From: Chrysomallon squamiferum
Taxonomy: Eukaryota; Animalia; Mollusca
Assembly: GCA_012295275.1 (NCBI GenBank)
Contig: CM022672.1
Coordinates: 12,586,001 to 12,650,000, forward strand
Length of the DNA stretch: 64,000 bases
Direction: 5' to 3'
The position numbers were made by a program, and so were the translations under genes. Under the pieces are notes generated by a model. That model made no database searches, was not told the DNA's origin, and saw only the letters and a program-made list of their open reading frames with translations. The stretch's first letter is position 1; the number at the start of each line of letters is the position of its first letter. This document shows, piece by piece, positions 25,883-38,260 of this stretch.

Positions 25883-26284
25883 CATTTGTTATATGCTTAA
25901 TTGTTACTATTTCTTTGGGCCATAATAGTTTACGTTTTAAACTTCCACATATGTGCATTTTAATTTTAATTTTGTTATTATATATCTGTAATCTTCTCTG
26001 TACCGTAATCGTACAGTTTATTCTCATAAAGTCAATGACATGCTAATTACATATTTGTTTGCTTTTTGTGTTGACAGATGGGATTATCAATTGTCTGTTT
26101 CTATTAATTGTTACAGGTTTTAACCAGTGTTTATTTATCCAAGATTAATGTATCAAATTTTGTCCTGTGACAATTATACACCAAATTATAAACTCACTGT
26201 TTCTGTTAGTTGTCACGTTGCAGGTTTTTACCAATGTTTATTTATCCAAGCTGGTTTTTTTTTTTTTTTTTTTTTTTTTAAAGT

Positions 26285-26511
26285 CATGCCGTAACTACAC
26301 TCAGGCAAAAGAGGCAAATGCCTCATACCGAACTTGATGATTTTTCTTCTCTTCTTAAAAATATAAAATACGAATCTCTATTCCGAGAGAAACGATACCC
26401 ACTGAATGAATTCGGCCCCAAAGACCTCACTCCCAATTTTTGTTTGCCCCGTTCCGATCAGCGATTAAGTGTTTTTGCCTCATTTCAAAAAGAGTCTAGT
26501 TTCGGCCCATG
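26285..26511. mobile_element. MITE-like non-autonomous DNA transposon, copy 1
   Basis: Imperfect terminal inverted repeats CATGCCGTAACTA...TAGTTTCGGCCCATG, subterminal inverted GAGGCAAA/TTTGCCTC, and a flanking 5-bp direct repeat AAAGT (26280-26284, 26512-26516). A diverged second copy lies at ~40349-40609. Confidence 0.7.
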
Positions 26512-26931
26512 AAAGTGTAATGAGTTTCATTATGTTTATTGTTTATACTAAATTTTGCCCTTGACGGTAAATAAAGATCGTGTTTACAAATCCAAAACGT
26601 AAAACATGACATATTATTATTGTTGTTATTGTAGACTAAGCTGAAAATTTTAATTTAAATAAATAATTATTGATGATGGAGAGTTGGATATTATAATGCT
26701 ATTGTTAGAAATGACGTCCACGTTTTTTTTTTTTTGGTTTTTTTAATCCATTGTTAAGGAGTTAGTAATCATATTATTACAAATATTTCCTAAACAAACA
26801 GACTACAGCAGTTCAAAGATTAATATTTAAGGAAGTCGTGTCCTGTACATACAACTTAGTTACCCAATGAAAAACGATAAAGTATCTCTGATAACTACGT
26901 CCCCTAAATTATTCGTGAGGTAAACAGATTC

Positions 26932-26962
<31 letters not shown>

Positions 26963-27568
26963 TCCTTTCATGATGTTTTGAATATATAATCCAGTGTATC
27001 AGGTATCTGTATATTACATTTATTGACTTGGTTCTGTTCGGAATTCATGTCGGCACCTTCTTACTCTTCTCTAAAACAATTATTATCTTTTAACTACTGC
27101 TAAATTATATGAAAACTTTAAATCAGTGTTCCTTAATTTATTTTCGATAGCATACCGTTGTAATTATATTATAATCGCTGTATCTTCCTGGATAATGTAT
27201 GCATGTGATTGGTCGAATATTGTCTGTGTTAGCCCATAACTAAAAGCTATATTAATAAGTTTTTTAGCCTTTAGTAGATCCATTTACCTAGCTTATTAGT
27301 ACAAAGGTGAACAGCAGTAAAGTCTTTAGAAAGAGTAAGTAAAAGCCTATAAATGTTTGTATGTGTGCATATGTGTGTAAGTATGCATGTATTTGTTGAT
27401 GTGTTTGTATGTATATATGTCTGTGTTTGTATGTACGTATGAATGTATTTATTTATTTATTTATTTATTTATTTATTGATTTATGCATGCATTTATATGT
27501 TTATATATTCGCCTTCTTTTGGATTCATTAACATAATTTATTTTAAATTCAGACCAAATTTTCTGACC

Positions 27569-30500
27569 ATGGAAGACCGTCGGTCAGAATACGAACTCGA
27601 ATTCACGGTTCTTCCTGATGTGACTGGTAAAAGGGACAGCGGACCGGCAGTCCTGAAAAGCCTTACAACATGGGAACCTCACAGACTGTACACATGTAAG
27701 TAGATAAATAGTTACAGGTGTAATTAGTTAAAAAAAACAACAACTAATATGTGTGATGGGTTTGTACGTACTGAAGGATAACAAAAAACACTCGGTATTT
27801 AGAATTATGTAGTTGATGTTATTATTATTATTTTCTTTTTCTATTGTCTTTACATAATAACTTTAGATTGATAACAACAGTTCATAACATGTGTCAGTTT
27901 TACAACAATATTTATCAGTCATAAAATACCAGCCATTCATCGCCATCTTTAGATATTGCGTCATTAAAACGTGTACAGTCACAATAATAATCAATTTTGC
28001 GTTGCCTTTCATCGCAGACTCATCTTACGAAGACTGTTTCCGAATCGCCACGACATCGGAACTGTACAGAGGTGACCAGCAGAAGCACACCGAGCGATAC
28101 ATCGAGCTGGAGGCTCTGCCCAACCTCCTGGTGAAAGGGGACGTCCAGGCCACGTTGTCCATCGTCATGTTTCTTCACTGCCCGGACTCTTGCGGTTTCA
28201 TCCATCGGAGGGCGAGAGAACTGGCCCTGATGCTGATCCTGAAAAACCAAGCGAGCGCGGAGAACGACTACATCCTTCGTTTGATTGAAGTGAACCTGAT
28301 GAAGATTCTTAAACAGAAGTGCCCGACTTCCGAACTGGACGACGCAGAGTACAGAGAACTCGAACAGCTGTACCTGACAGTTCTGGGCGTCATCATGAAA
28401 AGTTACCACGACAGCAGAAAACACAACGAGTATGTCGTGCAGGATCGGAGGACGACGATAGACACCGTAAAGGCTTTCGAAAAGATCAAATGTTGTCAGG
28501 TGGCAGAGGCCGTGCAGGCCTGCAAGACTGCCAACGTTAAAGCTCTGTCGTCTGTGAAACCGAAAATCTTCCACGCGGCTCTTATATGGATTTTACAAGA
28601 GGTAAATGTTATAGTTATATTTTAGCAATGATAATTGTTGTTACTTCTGTTGTTGTTGTTGTTGTTAACTGTATTATTGTTAACACTAACATACTGTCAT
28701 TGCCATGATAATCATCATCAAAATCATCACTTTATTTATTATCATTTAAATAACATTCTAAATGCCACATACGATTTTGATTCTTTCACAAAAATTTCTT
28801 TAGAATCTGTCTTGAGATTCACGAAAAAAGATAAATAAATAAAATATAAAATATATAATAATAATCATAATCAGAAAAAGGTGAGGCGAGATTATAAACA
28901 AAAAACAAATTTTTATAATAAAAAGTTCATATCCATGCTGATTTGTGTACTATACTTTTCAGTATCATTTGTTTTTTCTTTTGTAGTAAAATGTAATTTG
29001 CGTCATTTAAAAGAAACGTCTTTTGTTCAGAGTAAAATGCATATAAGTAGAAACATCTTTCCTTTATTCTTCTTTCTTTTTCTTTTATTAATAATGTGTT
29101 TATATACTGCAGATATATCAAGAGCCAACAAGCGAGCTGTTTGCTTGTCTTCCGACAATGGTTCAGAGACTGGCGACCCAACGCCGACTTTCTTTCTCAG
29201 CTTCATCTGCAAAATCAGCGAAATGGGGCAGCCTGTCGTCCACTTTCATCATGAACAGTTTTACTTCCTTACTGAGATTTCTTTTTGGTAAATATCAAAA
29301 ATTTCAAATTCATTTAGTAGAATATACTTATATATATATATATATATTTTATTGTAGTTTATTTTGCAAAATGTGTGTGTTTTTGAAAGTAAAGAAAGAT
29401 ATATTTAAAGAGAAGCCAGACAGATAACAAGAACGGTGTATATATATAGACACAGAGGAAGGTAGATAAATAAAAATAGATACAGACAGAGCGATATATA
29501 GATAAATAAAAATAAAGAAACAGAGATAGAAAGAAAGAGGAACAGAGAGAAATAAAAGCCTAGCAGTATGTTTAAAAGATTTTATATAATTATTTTAGAC
29601 CGAATACAAAACAAAGATCGTGCAGAGACCGCCGCACGGACACTTAAGACAATTGTGTGCACGCTGAAATCACAGAAAACCTTTAATGACATCGAGCAGT
29701 TGCTCTTTCACAGAAGTAGTCACATAAAGGGCACCGTTGTTGATCTGTTCGTGGACAAGGAATGTTTTAGTGAAAAAATAATCCAGGCCAACCTTTCGGC
29801 TGCTCAGTCTCTTCTGTCGCACTGTGTTCTGCCAAGCACGAAAGGATCACGGATAAAGAACGAGCATCCCGACGGCTGGGAGATTTTCAGTTTGCTATTT
29901 TCAAAGAACCACGGCCTGATCCACTTTCAGATACTTCCAGCTAACGAACACAAAGACGGGCCCGATTCACACGGCCGCCTCACGCCTCACGAAAACGACA
30001 TATCTTTCTTGCGGATCATCTCTGGCCACAGAAACATTGTGCAGCTTCTGGGCTATCACTGGACAACACTGCTTCCTCGGTTCTACATTACGGAGGATTA
30101 CACTGAGAACTGTCTGCAGAACGTTCTCGTTCACCGTAGCATTGATCGAGACTGGTTTTCAGTCGAGACTCTGAAATCGTTTCTTGTCGATGTTCTGAAT
30201 GCTTTGGAGTACGTTCACAAGAACAAAATTGTTCACAGAGATCTGACAGCTCACAGTGTGTTTGTGGATGGTTCCACAGCTAAGTTGGCTCGATTTCATC
30301 TTGCTCGGAGTCAGCATAATGCAGCACCAGTTATTGGTATGTTTTTGTGGGTTTTTCTCACACACACCCCTAGCTTCTTTAAAAGTTTATTTACATCATT
30401 TTAATTACTATGTTTAAAAACATTAAAAGGTGAAAAAACGTTAATATAGTTACTTTTAGTTACCATTGTAATAAAAACGAAAAGATGTAAACTTAAATGC

Positions 30501-30799
30501 TAAAAATAATCCATGTAACATGATTATACGATATTAAAATGCTGATTTTTCGAATTTTTAAAGTTATTCCTATTCAGTTTTCGTCTTATTCTACATTTAG
30601 AACCAGAATGCAATGGTATTCCAACAAGATGGTCGGCTCCTGAATCTCTAACGAAACGTTGTTTCTCCACCCAATCAGATATCTGGATGTTTGGTCACAT
30701 GATCTATGAAATCATCACTCACGGTTGTCTTCCATATTCAGATAATCAAGGCAAAGATGACACCGAAGTGGTACAGCTCGTATGTAAAATATTATTAAG

Positions 30800-30876
<77 letters not shown>

Positions 30877-31085
30877 AATAAATAAATAAATATAAATGAA
30901 ATACAGAATATTATTAACCTAAAACCTAAATACCCTTCTGTATGTGTTTGAATGTATGTATGTATAAATCTGTAATTAATAAAACACCAAATCTCTCTCA
31001 ACAGAACCATCCAGATACAATTAAAATAATAATAATAAAATAAATTAACAACGAAAACCTAAAAAATACATTTTCAGAACAAAAC

Positions 31086-31172
<87 letters not shown>

Positions 31173-31859
31173 TCATGTACAACAAAGCACAAATAAAAAA
31201 TTAAATAATAATTGTAACTCTGACTTCTATTAATTTCGCTGACTAATCGACATATAACATATAATTTGAAATCAGATAACTGGAAAGACCACGCCCCTGT
31301 GCCATGAACCGTGCATCAGTGCTGAACTGTTTCAGCTGATATGCCAATGTACCGAGCCCGAGGTGAAAAATCGACCCTCCATCGAGGAGATTAAATCTGT
31401 TTTAAGAGAAGACATAAGAACACGAAGAGGCAAGTTGTAAAACAACGACTGTAAAATAAATAACTGTGCTAAATTACATGTAAATAATTAATTAAAATAA
31501 AACACGAAAACTCACTCAAAAAGAACCATCGAGAAACGGACTGAACGAATGAACAAATTTGTGTAAATATCTGAATAAATGAAAGGATAAATAAATAAAC
31601 ACTGAATTTAAAAATATACACATGCAGAAAGGGAAATCGAGACAGAATTCGAGCAAAAAGCACACGAGAGAGAATTTCTGTGTGTGAGTGGTTATTTAAA
31701 AATATGTTATTTCTCGTTTTCTTTCTCTCTAGTTATATGTGTGTTGTGAATATGTTTGTGTATGTGTACGTGTGTGTGTGTGTGTGTGTGCATGTGTATA
31801 TGTGCGTGCATGTGCATGTGTATATGTGCGTGCATGTGCATGTGTATATGTGCGTGCAT

Positions 31860-31941
<82 letters not shown>

Positions 31942-32243
31942 CTCCGAAAGTCTTTACCAAATTGTGAAATAATATCAAGCCAATGTATATGTACGTTATT
32001 TCGTTCATTACAGATAATTCGGATATATCACTTATTAAATATATTTACATGTTTTACCTGTGCAGCATCCAATGAGAGCAGTTCCAGCGTGAGGATTCTC
32101 GCCGAGGCTCAACGACAATTTCCTAATTTGAAAACTGAAAGAACACCAGCCACAGAATTTAAAAGAGTAATTTTTTGTTAACTTTTGTAAATAATGTTAG
32201 CACTCTGATATGATATACAATTGCTTATTTCTTTCTGGTAAAT

Positions 32244-32281
<38 letters not shown>

Positions 32282-35200
32282 TATTTTCACAGTCATAATC
32301 TCTTAAAACATCGATGTCATTCATTTTAGCATAATATATATTTCTTGTTTTAATTGTTAATGCAGTCTGGTTCTGTGTTAATACACATAATTTTAAAACG
32401 TCAGATAAATCTCATAAGTAAAATAACAATACAGTGAAAATTCGCAAAACCGGACCCTCGCAAAACCGAACTAATTCTGCGGGTCCTTGGATTTATCAAG
32501 TATTTAAATATAAAACCTCAGGAAAAGCCATCACCCTTCCCAACCAAACTTTTTTTTTTTTTTTTTTTTTTTTTAACTTAGATCAATAGCTGTTCACTTT
32601 TAACAAAGGTTTGACTGTAGTTATTTATTACCTTGTATTGTTCTAGGGAATTCCAATTTCGGCGGGTAAGCTTTTGAATGTGTTGAATATCCTTTTACCT
32701 CCGCCCCTCTCCTTATCTGTACTAAATGTTTATGACTGTGTGCGAGAATGTAAATGTTACTTACATTTTTATTATCAGTTTTTATAAATATTGTGCTCAT
32801 TGAGTTCACGGGTTAAAAAGGTTCTTTCCCAGTTGTTTTATTTAACAAATTTCATCACTGTATGACATATGCATTGCTTCTTTAGCACTATTTTGTTTTT
32901 TATTATTCAGTTAAAATAGTCTCTTTTTTCCACCAGCAAGCACTGAGACACAATATGCATCAAATCTTCACTGCTTCATAATGTGTTTGCACATTTAAAA
33001 AATTCATTCATCACTTAGTGCCCTAATGTCCGTATAATATATATATATTTACATACACACGCGCGCCACACAAATATAATTTGTTGTTGTTATTGTTATT
33101 ATTATTATTATCATCATTATTATTATCATCATTATTGAAAATAGCGATTTTATTAATTAATTTGATAACAGTATTAGTACTAGTAGTAGTAGTGCTGATA
33201 ATAATAGTAATAGTAAAAGTAATACTAACAGTTGTAGCGATAGCAGTAACGAAGGTAGTAGTAATAATAGTAGTTTGTAAATATGCAATATTTTTATTAC
33301 AGTTTTAGTAATTGTAATAGCATCTGAGTGATTGATTGATTAATTTTTTTATTTTTATTTTTTTGTTATTTTACAAAGTATACTTCATAAAGTTTCAGTA
33401 TTTAATTTCAGTCATGCCGTCTCCGTGTACCTCACCAGGGGGGAGCACAGACTCAGTGGACAGCGGAAAAGGATTTTCAGCTGGACTGGTCAGACGACCT
33501 TCGTTCATTTTTGACCAGGTATGTATTATTTCCAGTGATGTAGATGCAACGTTACAAAACATTGCAAACTATCGGAACTGTTTTTTGATAGATGATAACC
33601 TTTAATATAAAACGTCAGTCGGTCAGTCTGTGAGTCAGTCAATCAGTTGACCCATCAATCGTCTAATCAATCATCCAATCAATCATAAGTTCATTCAATC
33701 ATCCATTCATCCATCCATCAAACTATTCATTCTAATCAATCATCCAATCAATCATCAGTTCATTCAATCATCCATTCATTCAATGAGAGATTATTAAATA
33801 TTAAATATTCCTTATTTTTCTTTCACACATTTTAGGATTCGATTATCATACAAGAAGTTATTTCATCCGATTCTCCTACTCAGGTTTGGTCTTTGATAAA
33901 TGAAAAGGACCTTCCAGGGATTCCACCAAATCTGAAAATATGCAGCACAGATCATGAAAAAATACTGGTTAGTTGTTCTAAGTAGGGAACTGGAATGATT
34001 TAGTCTACCTGAAATAAAAGAAATAATAATAATTTCTTTATGACTGGCGTCGTAGGATTAGTCTTTGTCAGTTCTCCTACTGGGTTATTTTCCACTGTAA
34101 CCTGTTCCTCGTGATCGTTTGAAAAAAACAGTGTTTGTTCTCTTCTAAAGCAACAACAATAACAACTGCAAACAAAAAAACAAACAAACAAACACCCCAA
34201 CAATAACAAAACTGGTTATTAATCACAGAGAACTGCACGTAGCATGTTGATGGCAAAATTTCCTTTGTATTTATCTCTGTGTTTATACCAAATAATCTTA
34301 ACTTAAAGATGTATGGTGCATGTCCTTCCTTACTCTTTGTGGACAGTTTGCCTGTAATTTGATTTTAGAAAACTCTGACTGGAGTAAGACCTCTGTGATT
34401 TTCTCTGGTAGCCATCGTTGCCGCAATCACAAACAGGACAAATTTTAAATATGTTATATCATGACTAAAAATAACAGTCTTCATATAAACTGAGGATCTT
34501 ACATCAAAAGATAATCAGCAGTTATAAAATGGCGATGAAGAGGAAGATTGTTTTTGCGATTTTACAATATTTGTTTTTATTCTATATTCCAACTTGTGAC
34601 TCGTATTACATGCACTCTTAAACAGGTATCTAGGGCTTTTTGCAAATCTTCTGATGGGTATTATTATCTAATTTTAGGAAATCTCGTTAGCTAAACAGAC
34701 TCATGGGTATGTGTATCTGGATGAAGTCTTAGTGACTCGGAAATACAATGATGAGGAAGAAGAATATATACAGGATTTAAAGACTGCTGCTGTTAACCTT
34801 CGCGATCTTCACAACAAAGGCTGGATCCACGGAGAGCTTATGATTTCAAACATCTTAGTTCAGCGTGCAGTGCACCCCTTGAGCGAGAGAAAGGTAGTAT
34901 TTACAAAACAACAATTTGATTATCCATGTCATCTACTCAAACTAATTAAAATTTTCACTATAAAATATTGTTTTGAATATATGAATATTAATTTGGTCTT
35001 TTATGTTACACGTGTTAATTATGGGTAACATATGCAAATTAAATTTGTTGTAACATATCCATATCATTTCTCTGTTGTAAGAAACTGAAATTAATTTATT
35101 CATTTAACATACACACAAAATAATTCGTTCCGGTAACAAGAGAAAATTTCTGTTTTCATAATGACTGTAAAATCTGTTTATTAAAAATAATAATATCTCA

Positions 35201-35892
35201 TTATGAATGAATTTAATAATATTTTCTTAATTTTACTGTAGGCTTAGTAATCCTTAAAACTTATTTCAGTAATGAATTAACAAACTTAATAAAGAAAGAT
35301 GACTTCATAAGAAACTGGTGCTTTGTTTCCAAGAAACGCTATTATAAAACCAATAATAACTGAAATACTTTAAAACTTACAAACTGGTTTAGGTGTGGTT
35401 TACCCAGCTGACTCGAATGGCCCAACTACCACAAGGTGAAAATAACCAAAGACAGTCGTGGGTTAAACTCCCTGAACTGCTTGGCAACAGATCACTGAAA
35501 AGGCAAGTTACGAAGTCATTTCACGTAAATATTTATAATCATTGTCAAGAAGCTTCTTTCTGCAATATTATCCGCGTCTTATTATCACATAAGTGCATGT
35601 CTGTCTTTCCGTCTTTTGATTGTCTTAATATTAATGTTTGTATTAATCTCTGGTTCGTCTTTTTGTTTCCTTTTAACAAACGATGTAACTTTTCTTTGTG
35701 TGATTTTGATTAGGTCAGCTCCAGAAGTGATCAAGAACGCCATCTACTCAACACAGAGTGATGTCTTCAGTTTTGCTCTGATTGTCTGGGAAGCGTTTAG
35801 ATATCTCAGTGAACCAGGAAGTCTGCCAATGAGTACCTTTGATGCGTTGCCACAGGAAGATGTGAGCATTCATCACCACATACGTATTATCA

Positions 35893-35928
<36 letters not shown>

Positions 35929-37028
35929 CACACAAATACAAACATACAAACACACACACACACAAATACAAACATACAAACACACACACACTACATACTC
36001 AGAGACAGACAGTCAAACAGACAGCTATGATAACACGCACAAATCAGTTTTAAAATTATTAGCGTTGTATAGAAAATAGTTTGAGCTAGAACTGTTGATT
36101 ATGAAAATGTTTACGTTTAGAGGTACTATACACTGACGAGTCAAAACCTGGAGAAGTATTTCCCAAAGCCGTCTAAGTGCAGCACACAGCTGTATGTACT
36201 GCTCACCAAGTGCTGGAACGTCGTGAGGGAACAACGACCAAGTATGGATGACATCATCACTCATTTAGAATCTTCATTAGAAAAGAGGTGAATTATCTTA
36301 CACATGAATTGGTTTTTTTTAAACAGAACAAAAAAATTATAAAATCAGAATTAATATACAGCTTTAAAAGGGCCAGGAACAATGACTATAGAAAAAAGGT
36401 ATATAAGAGGAAGGGAAACAAAATAGGAAGAGATGAGATGGGATATAAAAAGAAAAAGAAAAGGAAAAAAAAAAAGAAAAGGGAAAAAAGAAAAGAAAAA
36501 CGACAGAAAGAGAGATATAGACAGATAGATATGTAGATAGAAAAAGATAGGTAGGTAGATAGAGAGATAGAGATAGAAATAGAATGAGTGTTAGATGCAG
36601 AGAGAATGAGAGAGAGACAAGATAGATAGATGGATAGAGGGACGGAGAATCCGATAAATAGACTGACAGACTGAGAAAGTAATATTTGAAAGAAATCTGC
36701 AAAAACATTACAAACACTAACGAATTTTATATCTACATTCGTTTTCTTTTACTAAACACACATACTAACTAAAATCACTGAAAAATATCTGAATTTTTTA
36801 AACGATATAAAAGTTAAATCTGTTCAGTGTATGTTCTGTTATTCTCGTAGTGTCAGACGATACGATTCCATCGCTTCCTCTGCTTCCAATGATGGTGATG
36901 ACAGCTATGTAAGAATGTCAGATGTTGATGTTGTTTCAAAAGGTCTCGAAACCGGACCCAAAAATACAACGGCTCCGGAGATCCCACCCAAAAGAAACAA
37001 ACCCCCACTACCACCAAGAAATAAATAA
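27569..37028 (+). CDS. Cytoplasmic tandem (dual) tyrosine-kinase-like pseudokinase with a helical N-terminal region and a proline-rich tail, ~1044 aa
   Basis: Exons: 27569-27695, 28018-28601, 29113-29287, 29599-30336, 30601-30779, 31276-31429 (GC donor), 32066-32166, 32647-32665 (19-nt microexon), 33412-33518, 33836-33967, 34678-34893, 35393-35502 (GC donor), 35714-35861, 36121-36287, 36851-37028 (TAA). Phases are consistent; total 3135 nt. Domain 1 motifs: HRNIVQLLG, VHRDLTAHSV, IPTRWSAPES, SDIWMFG, RPS. Domain 2 motifs: IHGELMISNILV, KRSAPEV, SDVFSFALIVWE, CW...RPS. A possible in-frame upstream coding exon 26867-26919 would add 23 aa. Confidence 0.85.
30800..31169. repeat. (TAA)n at ~30800-30868 and (AG)n at ~31092-31169
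   Basis: Directly visible runs in kinase intron 5. Confidence 0.9.
31770..31939. repeat. Compound (TG)n / 24-bp gtgcatgtgtatatgtgcgtgcat repeat / (GA)n
   Basis: Directly visible in kinase intron 6. Confidence 0.9.
32432..32617. mobile_element. Decayed MITE with TA target-site duplication (Tc1/mariner/pogo-type ends)
   Basis: ta|CAGTGAAA...TTTGACTG|ta termini (inverted, one mismatch in 8), an internal duplicated cgcaaaaccg, and no ORF. Confidence 0.55.
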
Positions 37029-37157
37029 GAGACTGGGTCTGGAATAATACAACAAGATGAGCTGAGAAAACCGAAAGTGCTGAGTTAAATATCAATTTGA
37101 TTTAGATTGACGTGTATATTTTAAAAGTGGAAATTTTAAAAAAAATGTTCTTATATA

Positions 37158-37235
<78 letters not shown>

Positions 37236-37999
37236 CGGAAGAAAATTAAAAAAAAAAACAAAAAAACTACATAGTAATAATATTAAATTTTTTTAAAAAT
37301 ATATAAAAATAAAGACATATAAAGAAAAAGCAAGAACCAAAAAGAAGAAAAACACCAACAAAACAGCTATAATAATAGAGCAACAACAATAACCAAAAAT
37401 AAATAAATAAATAAATAAAAATAAATAGATACAACATTCAATAAAACTAATGTAGCTAATGAAAATAAACTGGTTTCAAACAAAGAAGAGAATTTAATGA
37501 AAGGCTGTTTCTATAACTGTCTTTATTGATACTCACTGCAAAAACTTTCTGCCTTGTATATAAGTAATTCAAAATGTTATTATGTTATCATGCTTATATG
37601 TCTGAATGTATATGTGTGCTAAATTTTTATTTTTCTGACTATGTACACAACAGATTTGTTTTAAGTAAACTTAAACATGTTATCGAAAAGCTTTGTATAT
37701 TCAACGCGTCAGATAACACCGAAACATTATATAGTTATGGCTTATATTATCATCATAAACAAATATCAAAAAGGAATTGTATCGTAGATATACTTGTTAT
37801 TGCAATGACAAGAATAGAACAACCGTGAGAACTGAAAGCTGTTAGTACGTCTTCCCAGAAGACGATACTGTGACTCATTAAAACTTTTTTTTTCAATTAA
37901 GAGTATAACCTGAAAACAGACGATAATAAGTTACTCAGAATTATGCACAGAATACTGTATCCACAGTTACATAACACACCAACAAGGACACATTCATTC

Positions 38000-38099
38000 A
38001 CACACACACACATACATACATACATACATACATACATACATACATACATACATACATACATACATACATACATACATACATACATACATACATACATAC
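38000..38099. repeat. (CA)n-(CATA)n microsatellite
   Basis: Directly visible run adjoining the SINE-like fragment. Confidence 0.95.
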
Positions 38100-38122
38100 G
38101 AATACTGAGCGACCTTGCTTTA

Positions 38123-38260
38123 GGTTGTCTTGTTGGCCGAACGTTAACGTCTGCCTATGGAGTGCGGGCAAATGGGTGCGGTACATTCTAGTCTCGTCTG
38201 GGTATCTGAGGGGGTCATGAGGCCGTGATTTGTCCTCCTGCGCCAGCGCTTTCCCCAATA
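38123..38260 (+). mobile_element. Degenerate tRNA-derived SINE-like fragment
   Basis: Isolated GC-rich island between microsatellites. It has an A-box-like TGGCCGAACGTT and a degenerate B-box-like GGGTGCGGTAC at tRNA-like spacing, but no intact cloverleaf. Confidence 0.4.

Noticed and set aside
28020-28574. 184-aa antisense ORF
   Set aside because: It is the shadow of the GC-rich kinase exon 2 on the opposite strand and has no recognisable motifs.
27569-37028. Calling the tandem-kinase gene a JAK or a pseudogene
   Set aside because: No FERM/SH2 motifs are recognisable and the C-terminal domain lacks HRD and DFG, unlike JAK. The ORF and splice phases are intact across 15 exons, unlike a pseudogene.
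38123-38200. Possible tRNA gene
   Set aside because: The A and B boxes are degenerate and no cloverleaf can be folded; better explained as a SINE remnant.
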